Source: an uncultured Holosporaceae bacterium
Lineage (GTDB): Bacteria > Pseudomonadota > Alphaproteobacteria > UBA3830 > CASESI01
DNA: 64,000 nucleotides
NCBI GenBank assembly: GCA_949290705.1
Contig: CASESI010000022.1
Span: forward strand, 199,921-263,920
Reading direction: 5' to 3'
Under the pieces are notes generated by a model. The model was not told where the DNA came from, made no database searches, and saw nothing but the letters and a program-made list of their open reading frames with translations. The number at the start of each line of letters is the position of its first letter. Position 1 is the stretch's first letter. Below, piece by piece: positions 9,713 through 18,015 of this stretch. The translations under genes and the position numbers were made by a program.

Positions 9713-10261
9713 TTACTTATTTTTTACGACACTTACCATTGTTGGGCGAAGGACCCTTTCGTGTAATTTATATCCTTCCTGCAAAACCTTGCTGACAGTG
9801 CCATTTTTAAATTTTTCATTTTCCTCTTCCATCATAGCCTGGTGTTCATGAGGATTAAACTCATCCCCCGGGTTGATGTTGATTTTCTCGATTTTGTTTC
9901 TTGCAAGTATATTTAAAATCTCCTTCCTGTTCATCATCATTCCGTCCCTTACATTTTTGAAAGTTTCGGAATCAGGAATATTCTCGATTGCACGATCAAC
10001 GTTATCTATGATATGCAAAACCTCCGCTGCAAATTTCGAAACAGCGTATTTCATAAGGTCTTCACGCTCCTTATCAAAACGTTTGCGTAAATTCTCGGTG
10101 TCAGCCATCGCAAGTAACAAATGATTTTTCAATTCCTTATTTTCATTCTGCAAATCTGCAATAACCTCTTCCAAAGATTTTTCCTTGTTTTCTGATTTTG
10201 CATTCTCAGCAGCCTTATCATTTTCATGGCAATCGCATTTATCATTCTTACATTTATGCAT
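9713..10261 (-). CDS. grpE: Nucleotide exchange factor GrpE
   Basis: 182 aa. It has a coiled-coil N-half and a C-terminal beta domain with GDEFNPHEHQAMM (GrpE F.P..H.A signature). Confidence 0.92.
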   Translation of the reverse strand: MHKCKNDKCDCHENDKAAENAKSENKEKSLEEVIADLQNENKELKNHLLLAMADTENLRKRFDKEREDLMKYAVSKFAAEVLHIIDNVDRAIENIPDSETFKNVRDGMMMNRKEILNILARNKIEKININPGDEFNPHEHQAMMEEENEKFKNGTVSKVLQEGYKLHERVLRPTMVSVVKNK

Positions 10262-10348
10262 GAAATCCTCCCAATAAAAATACCTAAATATTATAACACG
10301 AAATGCGAATTAATAATATTTTGATTTTTTACTGGTAAAGTACAATCT

Positions 10349-12928
10349 ATGAGGTTGGTAAATATTCACAAAGCAAAGTCTGAAAAAGGGTTCGTCCTTT
10401 TACTGTTTGCATTATTGTTACCAATTCTCATTTTTGCAACTAAGTTTGTTATAGAGTATTCTATCTATAAATCAACCCTGGAGGAAATCAAAACCTCGTC
10501 TATCAAATCACTTAACGAGAGTATTCATTTTTTTGATGAACCCGAAAAAGATTTGTTGGCACATTTAAAAGCCAAGCTAATTCTTGATTTAAACCCAATT
10601 AATATCGAGGATTTAAACAAAAGAATCAAAATCAAAAATCAATCCCAAAAAGAAGCTTCCGCCTCTAGGAAACTATTCATCCAAAAATGCGAAGTCCGAA
10701 AATACGTCAATGAAAAAGCATACGATATTTCCGAATACCAAACCCAGGATAACGCTGAATTTCTAAGCGTACCTTATGATGAGAATAGATATACTTTTCA
10801 ACTCATCAAAAATCGCATCCTAAGCGATATTGTCGAGGATTTCAGGGATCTCGGGATTACAACTTATAATTTAAAGTATGATGACATGACTTCTAATGTT
10901 AAAATCAATGATTTCTCATGTCATTCCTATGCCGTGCCCAAAGACTCCAAAGAACCTAAAGATTACAAAAAATGGACCTATAAAATATTCCTCGACAGGG
11001 CAATTGACAACGATATCTTTAAAAATATTCTCTGGAAAAAAATAGCAGTTCTGGAATATGAAATCCCATCTATTTCTTTCTTTGTAAAAGTTTCCTTCGA
11101 TGACAGAGTCAAACTGCAAAACGCAGGGTATATAATCCACGAAGCAGTAACAGATGACGCAGTCACCTTGGATACAGACCAAAATGAAAACTTTTATAAC
11201 TTTTCATCCCTGAATCAGAAGATCAAAAATAAAACCTATGCAATCGACCTTGATAATATCGAATTAAAGATATCAAAATTTCAAGATTATAATATTTTAA
11301 CACTTAACGTCCCGGGAACAATATCAACGCTTTTTGATACCTCTCCGCGGGAATTTAATTGCACTACGAAGATAAAATTTTACGATAACAGTGTCGATAC
11401 AAAAGATAACTATACAAAAGGCATAAACGTTGGAATTGCTGTCCCAGTGAAGACAGATACTTCAAATTTAAACCTTTATCATATAATTATGAATAATATC
11501 GCCTGCCTTGTCGATAAATTTGATCCCAAAAATACTTCCGTCGCTGTTGTGCCGTATTACAGCAAAATCAAGCTTCCGAAAGATATTTTCCAAAATATTC
11601 AAAAAAAAGAAGACATTATTCTGGTAAATCTTCCCCAAGATCAAGAATCAATTGAGACTAAGGATTTCCTTATCTCTTTAAAAGAGCAAGGTCTTTCAGA
11701 GGAATTAAAAACTCTCATCAAAAAACAAGTAGACCTTGGCAATGGTTGCAATTGTTACAATATTCCCAAAAATAATTTGGTTAAAATATTGGAAAAGATC
11801 CAGCCAAAAACCTTAACTTTCTCCTCTTCCGGAGAAATGGATCAAACAAATATTTCATCTTCATATGTCAAAAATTATAATTCAGAAAATCCTGAAACCT
11901 CTGCGATAGATTTATTTTTCTCTTCGCCTTATGACACATATGATGTTCAGGGACTTGAGTTAAATATTCTTAAAGATAAACTCTCTTCCGAGTCCCAAAT
12001 TTCCGTAAACGGTGTCCAATTAAAGGACCTGTATTTTTACCGTCCGAAAAACAATATAATTTCCGTATATTATCCAGAAAATGACATTTCTGACCCTAGC
12101 TTTACCGAGCGGAATGTAATGGAGGTTGATCAAAATCAAACCTTCCACACCGACGATAGATCATCAGAAATTTTATGCGGGTTAAATCTTGTCAACCCGA
12201 CACCTCCTTTAATTCAGAGGGGTGAGGATGTGTCCATATGCAATAAAAATCCTTATAATCCTTTTTCAATTCTAAAATTATCCTCACCGTCAATAGCAGC
12301 AATGTATTTAAGACTGCTTAACAGTATTCAAACGGACGAGCAGAGCAATTTTATTAACATAGGTGCCCTTTGGTCTTGGAGAATGATCTCAACTGAGAAT
12401 TGGCTCGCTTCACTTAATAACTCTAACGCTCTGGCCCAAAAAATTATACTCCTTATCATAACCAAAGATATAAACTTCTCTCCTAACGAAAAAACCGTAT
12501 ACGGTATACTAAACGACAATGATAAATTATTTGTACACAATATTCAAAACAATCAGCACCTTAGCATAAGTCATCCGTATGATAAAAATTCATTTGGTGT
12601 AAATATCACCAAACTTTCTCAACTTACAGTCGAGACACTCACCCGCATCATGAAAGAAGGGGTGAAACTTTATGTTGTGGAAATTCTCCCCATGGAACAT
12701 GAGACAGGATTTCCAAATTTAAAAAACCATGTAAAAAATGCAGTCGAAAGCTTTTACGGTCGCAACACCGTGCATTTCCAACGATGCGCAATCGAAAATA
12801 ACAGGGACGATAAAAAAATCGACGACCTTATCAGAAATTTATTCAAAAACATAGAAGACGACCTCCATCTAAAAAATACATTAAAATCCGTGAATTATCA
12901 CTCTTCTTATATGATTATCGAGGATTAA
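10349..12928 (+). CDS. Large membrane-anchored protein with a TadE/TadG-like N-terminus and a possible degenerate vWA region
   Basis: 859 aa. The N-terminus KSEKGFVLLLFALLLPILIFATKFVIEYS matches the Tad_N pattern (G..A..FAL.LP.L). VAVVPYYSKIKLP and KIILLIITKDINF resemble vWA strands, but the MIDAS motif is degenerate. Confidence 0.55.
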   Translation: MRLVNIHKAKSEKGFVLLLFALLLPILIFATKFVIEYSIYKSTLEEIKTSSIKSLNESIHFFDEPEKDLLAHLKAKLILDLNPINIEDLNKRIKIKNQSQKEASASRKLFIQKCEVRKYVNEKAYDISEYQTQDNAEFLSVPYDENRYTFQLIKNRILSDIVEDFRDLGITTYNLKYDDMTSNVKINDFSCHSYAVPKDSKEPKDYKKWTYKIFLDRAIDNDIFKNILWKKIAVLEYEIPSISFFVKVSFDDRVKLQNAGYIIHEAVTDDAVTLDTDQNENFYNFSSLNQKIKNKTYAIDLDNIELKISKFQDYNILTLNVPGTISTLFDTSPREFNCTTKIKFYDNSVDTKDNYTKGINVGIAVPVKTDTSNLNLYHIIMNNIACLVDKFDPKNTSVAVVPYYSKIKLPKDIFQNIQKKEDIILVNLPQDQESIETKDFLISLKEQGLSEELKTLIKKQVDLGNGCNCYNIPKNNLVKILEKIQPKTLTFSSSGEMDQTNISSSYVKNYNSENPETSAIDLFFSSPYDTYDVQGLELNILKDKLSSESQISVNGVQLKDLYFYRPKNNIISVYYPENDISDPSFTERNVMEVDQNQTFHTDDRSSEILCGLNLVNPTPPLIQRGEDVSICNKNPYNPFSILKLSSPSIAAMYLRLLNSIQTDEQSNFINIGALWSWRMISTENWLASLNNSNALAQKIILLIITKDINFSPNEKTVYGILNDNDKLFVHNIQNNQHLSISHPYDKNSFGVNITKLSQLTVETLTRIMKEGVKLYVVEILPMEHETGFPNLKNHVKNAVESFYGRNTVHFQRCAIENNRDDKKIDDLIRNLFKNIEDDLHLKNTLKSVNYHSSYMIIED

Positions 12929-12929
12929 G

Positions 12930-13011
12930 TGCGGATGACGGGACTTGAACCCATACGACTTTCATCACTAGATTCTGATTCTAGCGCGTCTACCAATTCC
13001 GCCACACCCGC
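12930..13011 (-). tRNA. tRNA-Leu (anticodon CAG)
   Basis: Hand-folded. Acceptor GCGGGTG/CATCCGC, anticodon arm CTAGA-ATCAGAA-TCTAG, long variable arm, T-arm ATGGG-TTCAAGT-CCCGT. CCA is not encoded. Confidence 0.85.
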
Positions 13012-13046
13012 AAAATTCAAAAAATCACATAATTAAAAAAGATTTT

Positions 13047-13133
13047 TGGTGCCCTCGGAGGGATTTGAACCCCCACGTCACAATTGACAGTAGATTTTGA
13101 GTCTACCGCGTCTACCAGTTCCACCACAAGGGC
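13047..13133 (-). tRNA. tRNA-Leu (anticodon CAA)
   Basis: Hand-folded. Acceptor GCCCTTG/CGAGGGC, anticodon arm GTAGA-CTCAAAA-TCTAC, long variable arm. The 3' CCA is encoded. Confidence 0.85.
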
Positions 13134-13158
13134 AAAAGATGCGCTATTTTAACGCATC
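13134..13158 (-). terminator. Hairpin (GATGCG-9 nt loop-CGCATC) plus TTTT downstream of hupB
   Basis: There is a perfect 6-bp inverted repeat at 13138-13143/13153-13158, followed on the minus strand by TTTT. The T-run is short. The element also overlaps a possible tRNA-Leu promoter (see findings). Confidence 0.35.
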
Positions 13159-13181
13159 AAGCTTTGAAAAGCAAGAAGTTT

Positions 13182-13454
13182 TTAGCAAACTTTATCCTTC
13201 AAAACTTTTCCAGCTTTAAATTTTGGCAATACTGTAGCAGCAATTTTAATAGGAGCACCAGTTTGTGGGTTACGTCCTGTTGTAGCTTGCCTTTCAGAAG
13301 TATAAAACTTACCAAAACCGATCAAATTAACTTCTTCTTTCTTCTTCAAAGTCTCGCCAACAGCTTTGATAAATGCGTCAAGAGCCCTTGTTGAATCGAT
13401 CTTTGTTAAACCCGTTTCATTAGCAATATAGCTGACTAATTCATTCTTATTCAT
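13182..13454 (-). CDS. hupB: DNA-binding protein HU
   Basis: About 90 aa. MNKNELVSYIANETGLTK...GFGKF...R.GRNPQTG..I.I is a classic HU/IHF fold signature. The second ATG is preferred because of its spacing from the AAGGTG SD. Confidence 0.93.
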   Translation of the reverse strand: MNKNELVSYIANETGLTKIDSTRALDAFIKAVGETLKKKEEVNLIGFGKFYTSERQATTGRNPQTGAPIKIAATVLPKFKAGKVLKDKVC

Positions 13455-13479
13455 CATACACCTTTAAATTAACATATTA

Positions 13480-13508
13480 AGTTTATTGGGTAACACCTAT
13501 CTCGTCAA
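13480..13508 (-). promoter_or_regulatory. Putative sigma-70 promoter of hupB
   Basis: On the minus strand: TTGACG, 17 nt, TAAACT, about 25 nt upstream of the hupB ATG. Confidence 0.45.
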
Positions 13509-13586
13509 CTAATTTTTTGTAAATATATTAAAAAAATCTAATTTTTATCCGAAAGTTACAAAAAAACACCAGTTTCGAAGATATGA

Positions 13587-13662
13587 TGGCAGGCACTACA
13601 GGATTCGAACCTGTGACCCCCTGATTAAAAGTCAGATGCTCTACCGACTGAGCTAAGTGCCC
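13587..13662 (-). tRNA. tRNA-Lys (anticodon UUU)
   Basis: Hand-folded. GGGCACT acceptor, GCTCAGTCGGTAGAGC D-arm, anticodon loop CTTTTAA, GGTTCGAATCC T-arm. The 3' CCA is encoded. Confidence 0.9.
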
Positions 13663-13707
13663 TTAGACCAAAAAATTCCCGTTCGCAAGAAATCGGAAAC
13701 TTTTCGA

Positions 13708-13736
13708 ATTTTAGCATACTTTTTTTGAAAAGTCAA
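13708..13736 (-). promoter_or_regulatory. Sigma-70 promoter of tRNA-Lys (shared cassette with the rplS promoter)
   Basis: On the minus strand: TTGACT, 17 nt (tttcaaaaaaagtatgc), TAAAAT, with A-tracts upstream. It is almost identical to the cassette at 60836-60885. Confidence 0.6.
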
Positions 13737-13782
13737 GAACTTTTTTAAAATTTTTTTAAATAATTTGCATACCAATAAAACT

Positions 13783-14187
13783 CTATATTGCGTCGTATTT
13801 CGCCAATTCGATTTTTGCACGTAATTGTATTTCATCAAAAATTTGCTGTAATTTTTCATCTTCCGTATTTAATTTTGAAATCATTTTCGAAAGATTTTCG
13901 AGAGAATTTTTCGTGACATCACCCGACAAAATACCAACCTCAAGATTCTTCAGCATATTCAAAATTTTCTTAGACTTTTTTAAAATCTCTTCATGTTTAT
14001 CGCCGATAAGTTGCATCCCCAAACCTTCTATCGTTGAAATAAAATTACTTTGCACATTGGAAAGTTTCGTATTTTGAGAAGGTTCAGAATTTTTTAAATT
14101 AATCAAAAATTTAGCATTATTCTTTCGCGGAGAATCAGTCCGCCTTATGTCTTGCTTTGTAATCTCTCTTGTTTTTTCTATTAGCAT
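13783..14187 (-). CDS. fliX: FliX-like class II flagellar assembly regulator
   Basis: The C-terminal half ILNMLKNLEVGILSGDVTKNSLENLSKMISKLNTEDEKLQQIFDEIQLRAKIELAK parallels, from memory, Caulobacter FliX (ILDVLDE.K.ALL.G......L.RL.....D..L..VL.EIE.RAAVELAK). ATG 14187 is preferred to the TTG at 14193. Confidence 0.6.
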   Translation of the reverse strand: MLIEKTREITKQDIRRTDSPRKNNAKFLINLKNSEPSQNTKLSNVQSNFISTIEGLGMQLIGDKHEEILKKSKKILNMLKNLEVGILSGDVTKNSLENLSKMISKLNTEDEKLQQIFDEIQLRAKIELAKYDAI

Positions 14188-14250
14188 TTTCAAATCTTTA
14201 TCCAGTATATTAAGGACAAATCTTTAAAAAATACTAAACAAAAGATTATT

Positions 14251-15168
14251 TTATTTATTTAAAAATTTTTGCACTTCAATCGCAGCAATTGCACCATTTC
14301 CAGCGGCAATCACAGCTTGGCGGTATTTAGGGTCCATAACATCCCCAGCAGCAAAAACACCACTTATGTTGGTCTTCGTATCAGATGTGATAATGTAACC
14401 ATCATCGTCACATTGCACGAAATCCTTACAGAAAGCGGAATTCGGCACATATCCTATCGCGATGAAAACATGATCCATCGGTAACTCTGTCTCAATATTC
14501 GAGAGATTATTTTTTATTTTAACAGCACCAACCCTTGAATTATCAGCATTTCCTTTTATTTCAACCAATTCCTGATTCCACATAACGTTTATTTTTGGAT
14601 TTTTGAACAAACGCTCTTGCATAGCTTTTTCGGCACGGAGAAAATCCTTTCTGTGGATCAAGGTGACAGATTCAGCAAAATTCGACACGAACAAAGCATC
14701 CTCAACCGCAGTATTTCCACCACCAACGACAAGAACTTTCTTACCTTTACAAAAAAATCCATCACATGTAGCGCAAGTCGAGACACCTTTTGACCAGAAT
14801 TCCTTCTCTCCATTAATGCGCAATAATCTTGGGTTTGCACCTGTTGCAATAATTATACTTTTTGTTGTAATCTCGCCAGAATATTCCGTCAGAACAGAAA
14901 AATTATCCTCGGCTTTCTTAAAAGACACAACCGTATCATACATAATTTCCACACCGAGAGATTTCACCTGCTCTTGCATAACATCCATCAAAGCAATACC
15001 GGGAAGAGCTTTGACCCCAGGAAAATTCTCGATCTCACTTGTTGAGGTAAGCTGTCCACCTAATTGATTCCCACTTATTTGCAACACTTTTATTCCTGCC
15101 CTTGCCGCATAAATCGCAGCGGTATTCCCAGCAGGACCGGAACCTATGATCACTAATTCAAAATTCAT
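14251..15168 (-). CDS. trxB: Thioredoxin reductase
   Basis: 305 aa. It has the FAD motif IIGSGPAG, the redox CATCDG and the NADPH motif VVGGGNTA. Confidence 0.95.
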   Translation of the reverse strand: MNFELVIIGSGPAGNTAAIYAARAGIKVLQISGNQLGGQLTSTSEIENFPGVKALPGIALMDVMQEQVKSLGVEIMYDTVVSFKKAEDNFSVLTEYSGEITTKSIIIATGANPRLLRINGEKEFWSKGVSTCATCDGFFCKGKKVLVVGGGNTAVEDALFVSNFAESVTLIHRKDFLRAEKAMQERLFKNPKINVMWNQELVEIKGNADNSRVGAVKIKNNLSNIETELPMDHVFIAIGYVPNSAFCKDFVQCDDDGYIITSDTKTNISGVFAAGDVMDPKYRQAVIAAGNGAIAAIEVQKFLNK

Positions 15169-15195
15169 ACATAAAATTATATATGAGAATAATTG

Positions 15196-16362
15196 CTATT
15201 CCAAACGCTCTTTTTTCAAAAAATACAAAGCATTACAAATCACGGTCGTTCCAATCATCATAAGCACAAGCTTTGCAACAGATGAAAGGTCAATCGCGAT
15301 TATCAAATACACCCCAACCGAGGCGAGTAAATTTTGCACCACAACATCCACAGATGTTGCCGACCCTTTTGAATGAGCGAAATTTTTATAATAATAAGTA
15401 ATCGCACTGCACGTAATCAATGAAATCCCGCAAGAAAATACGCAAATCGAAAGAATCACAAGCTCTATGGGGACATTTTTCATAAATAAAAGAGATGCAA
15501 TCGCCAAAGCAACAATATTGCAGAATATCACCCCTTTTCGAAGCACAATCAAAGGATCTATGTGACTTTTGAAAAGACCTATGTAAAGATTTGTCATAGC
15601 CGATGAAAATAACACAACAGATTGGTAATACCCAATGTTCTGTATTTTTATTCCAAACACATTCGTCAAAAAGCCAGGATATTCGACAGTCCATCCACTT
15701 AAAAATCCTATTAAAATCGAATACATAAAAACGTATTTCGTGACACTGAATTTTTTCAAAATCGCAATAAATTTTAATGTCGCATATTTTAAAGAGAATT
15801 TTGTGTTAGTGATAACCTCTCTTTTCGGAAGAAGATGCGAAGTGATATACGCGAAAATTGAAAACACAAAAATCATAAAAAACGATCCCTTCCATGAAAA
15901 ATAATGTACAACCTTACTACCCAGAATCGGTGCCGTAACCATTCCAACTATCAACAGGAAATGAATAATTGAAACTATGAAAAATGCATCTTTTTTGGAT
16001 TTGTTATCACCAATCACAGCGTACGTCAATGCAGAAACACTGCACGCAACACCTTGCATAATCTTTCCAATAGAAAATAATACGAAAGAATTCGCGACAT
16101 AGCAAATCAAAGAACCGACAACCACAACTAATGCACTGTTTATGATGACCTTCCGCCTTCCTATGCAATCTGATAAATGTCCGATCACAAACATAGATGC
16201 ACACCTGAACAGCAAATCAAGTCCCATAATACTTTGCATATATTTGTAAGGAACATGAAAAGCCTTAGCAGCACTTATGAATGCAGGTGTTAAAAAATCT
16301 ATCTCCAGCCAATAAATCATCAACACAACATACGAAACAAAAATCAACTTACAGTTGGACAT
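15196..16362 (-). CDS. MFS transporter (Bcr/CflA-like)
   Basis: 388 aa with about 12 TM helices and the loop motif GHLSDCIGRRKVI. Its ATG directly follows the ruvB stop (TAG-ATG). Confidence 0.8.
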   Translation of the reverse strand: MSNCKLIFVSYVVLMIYWLEIDFLTPAFISAAKAFHVPYKYMQSIMGLDLLFRCASMFVIGHLSDCIGRRKVIINSALVVVVGSLICYVANSFVLFSIGKIMQGVACSVSALTYAVIGDNKSKKDAFFIVSIIHFLLIVGMVTAPILGSKVVHYFSWKGSFFMIFVFSIFAYITSHLLPKREVITNTKFSLKYATLKFIAILKKFSVTKYVFMYSILIGFLSGWTVEYPGFLTNVFGIKIQNIGYYQSVVLFSSAMTNLYIGLFKSHIDPLIVLRKGVIFCNIVALAIASLLFMKNVPIELVILSICVFSCGISLITCSAITYYYKNFAHSKGSATSVDVVVQNLLASVGVYLIIAIDLSSVAKLVLMMIGTTVICNALYFLKKERLE

Positions 16363-17346
16363 CTAAAATTTTTTCCCATCAAAGTATTCAAAACATTTCT
16401 GTGTCAAAACACGCCCACGAGGTGTGCGTTGCAAATACCCTTGCTGAATCAGATAAGGTTCAACGACATCTTCCAAAGAATCCCTTTGTTCCGAAAGCCC
16501 TGCAGCAAGCGTTTCAATTCCAACGGGACCACCTGAATAATTTTCTATTATGTATTTTATAAATTTTCTATCAAAAAAGTCAAATCCTTTTTTGTCTATC
16601 TCAAGCTCTTTCAAGGCTTTGTTGGCGATATCTTTATCTATGAAATTTTTATTTTTCACAATAGCAAAATCATAAACCCTTTTCAAAAGCCTTATTGCAA
16701 TCCTTGGTGTTCCACGTGATCTTTGCGCTATCTCCGTCGCACCATCCTCGGAAATATCAATGTTTAAGGAATTCGCATTTCTAAATATAATTTTTTTCAA
16801 ATCCTCCGCATCATAATAATTAAGGCGAATTAAAATTCCGAATCTGTCCCGCAATGGAGAGGTAATAAGCCCTGTCCTTGTCGTGGCACCAATAATCGTA
16901 AAATGTGGCAGGCCAATACGAACAGATCTTGCAGCAGGTCCTTCGCCAATCATCACATCAATTTTAAAATCCTCCATCGCAGAATAAAGCACCTCTTCAA
17001 CATTCGGATTCAAACGGTGAATCTCGTCAATAAACAAAGTCTCTTTTTCCTGCATATTTGTAACAACCGCAGCCATATCACCGATTTTCGTAATAGCTGG
17101 TCCAGATGTGATTTTAATCTCGGAATTCAGCTCATGCGCAATAATGTTCGCAAGAGTTGTTTTTCCAAGCCCCGGAGGACCGTACAGTAATATGTGATCT
17201 ATCGTTTTATTAGTAATTTTTGCAGACTCAACGAAAATTTTGAGATTCTCTATATTTTGTCTTTGCCCAATAAATGAATCAAAGGATGACGGACGAGTAA
17301 TATAATTATCCTTTAATTCTGGCGAAATTATTCTTTGATCTTCCAT
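16363..17346 (-). CDS. ruvB: Holliday junction helicase RuvB
   Basis: 327 aa. It has Walker [10 protein letters not shown], Walker B FIDEIHRL and the typical C-terminal winged helix. Confidence 0.97.
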   Translation of the reverse strand: MEDQRIISPELKDNYITRPSSFDSFIGQRQNIENLKIFVESAKITNKTIDHILLYGPPGLGKTTLANIIAHELNSEIKITSGPAITKIGDMAAVVTNMQEKETLFIDEIHRLNPNVEEVLYSAMEDFKIDVMIGEGPAARSVRIGLPHFTIIGATTRTGLITSPLRDRFGILIRLNYYDAEDLKKIIFRNANSLNIDISEDGATEIAQRSRGTPRIAIRLLKRVYDFAIVKNKNFIDKDIANKALKELEIDKKGFDFFDRKFIKYIIENYSGGPVGIETLAAGLSEQRDSLEDVVEPYLIQQGYLQRTPRGRVLTQKCFEYFDGKKF

Positions 17347-17355
17347 TTGTATCCT

Positions 17356-17961
17356 TTAATTCCTTAATTGATTTAACATTGATTTTAACATAGACTCAAA
17401 ATTTGAATCATCCTCAAAAGCCACATTATCCAAAGCTTTTTTAATTTCGTACTGTTTAAACCCAAGATTTAACAATGCAGAAATTACATCTTTCTGAACT
17501 AAATTTTCTTCCGACTTTTTCTGCACGGAATTTGTATTTGAAGTACCACACATAAGCAGAGTATCAGGAACTTTTTTATACAATTCATTTACAATTCTTG
17601 ATGCGAGTTTTTCACCTATCCCATCCGCAGTGCAAAGTAAATCAATGTTTTTAGATTTTATTGTATCACCCAAAATATCGTATTTCACAGCCGACAGAAT
17701 ACTTAAAGCCACCTTTGATCCGACACCTTGGACTTTATTCAAAAGGTTAAAAAAAGCGCGCTCTATCTCATTTATAAAACCATATATCTGCCAAGAATTT
17801 TCCCTTATTACAAGTTCGGTTAAAAGTTTTACGTCATCTCCTATTGTAAAATTCGTATTTGTAATATTTGATGTATTTACAAAAAAACCAACATCATTAA
17901 TATCCAAAATTACATACAGGTCACCTATCTCCTGAACTTTACCTTTTAAATAAGTTATCAT
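17356..17961 (-). CDS. ruvA: Holliday junction DNA-binding protein RuvA
   Basis: The internal Met11 start gives MITYLKGKV, the canonical RuvA N-terminus. An HhH region (VQGVGSKVALSILS) is present. Confidence 0.9.
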   Translation of the reverse strand: MITYLKGKVQEIGDLYVILDINDVGFFVNTSNITNTNFTIGDDVKLLTELVIRENSWQIYGFINEIERAFFNLLNKVQGVGSKVALSILSAVKYDILGDTIKSKNIDLLCTADGIGEKLASRIVNELYKKVPDTLLMCGTSNTNSVQKKSEENLVQKDVISALLNLGFKQYEIKKALDNVAFEDDSNFESMLKSMLNQLRN

Positions 17962-18015
17962 AATGGTTAAGATTATATTTCGTTTTATCAAATTTATAAA
18001 GCAAACGTTTTGCAG

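Noticed and set aside
13653-13859. 68-aa ORF between tRNA-Lys and fliX
   Set aside because: It overlaps the 5' end of tRNA-Lys, its consensus promoter cassette and the 3' end of fliX. The sequence is K/F/L-rich low complexity.
14603-15067. 154-aa ORF antisense to trxB
   Set aside because: It is a shadow ORF inside thioredoxin reductase, whose CATCDG and FAD/NADPH motifs fix the real frame.
17962-17991. N-terminal extensions offered by the ORF track (ruvA here). Likewise 21757-21792, 27754-27801, 32304-32324, 40027-40044, 42557-42676, 54707-54754, 58974-59000, 39610-39621, 45200-45211, 53974-53985 and 49953-49961
   Set aside because: In each case an internal ATG restores the canonical N-terminus or a signal peptide. 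It usually sits behind a better SD and removes overlaps with neighbouring genes or tRNAs.
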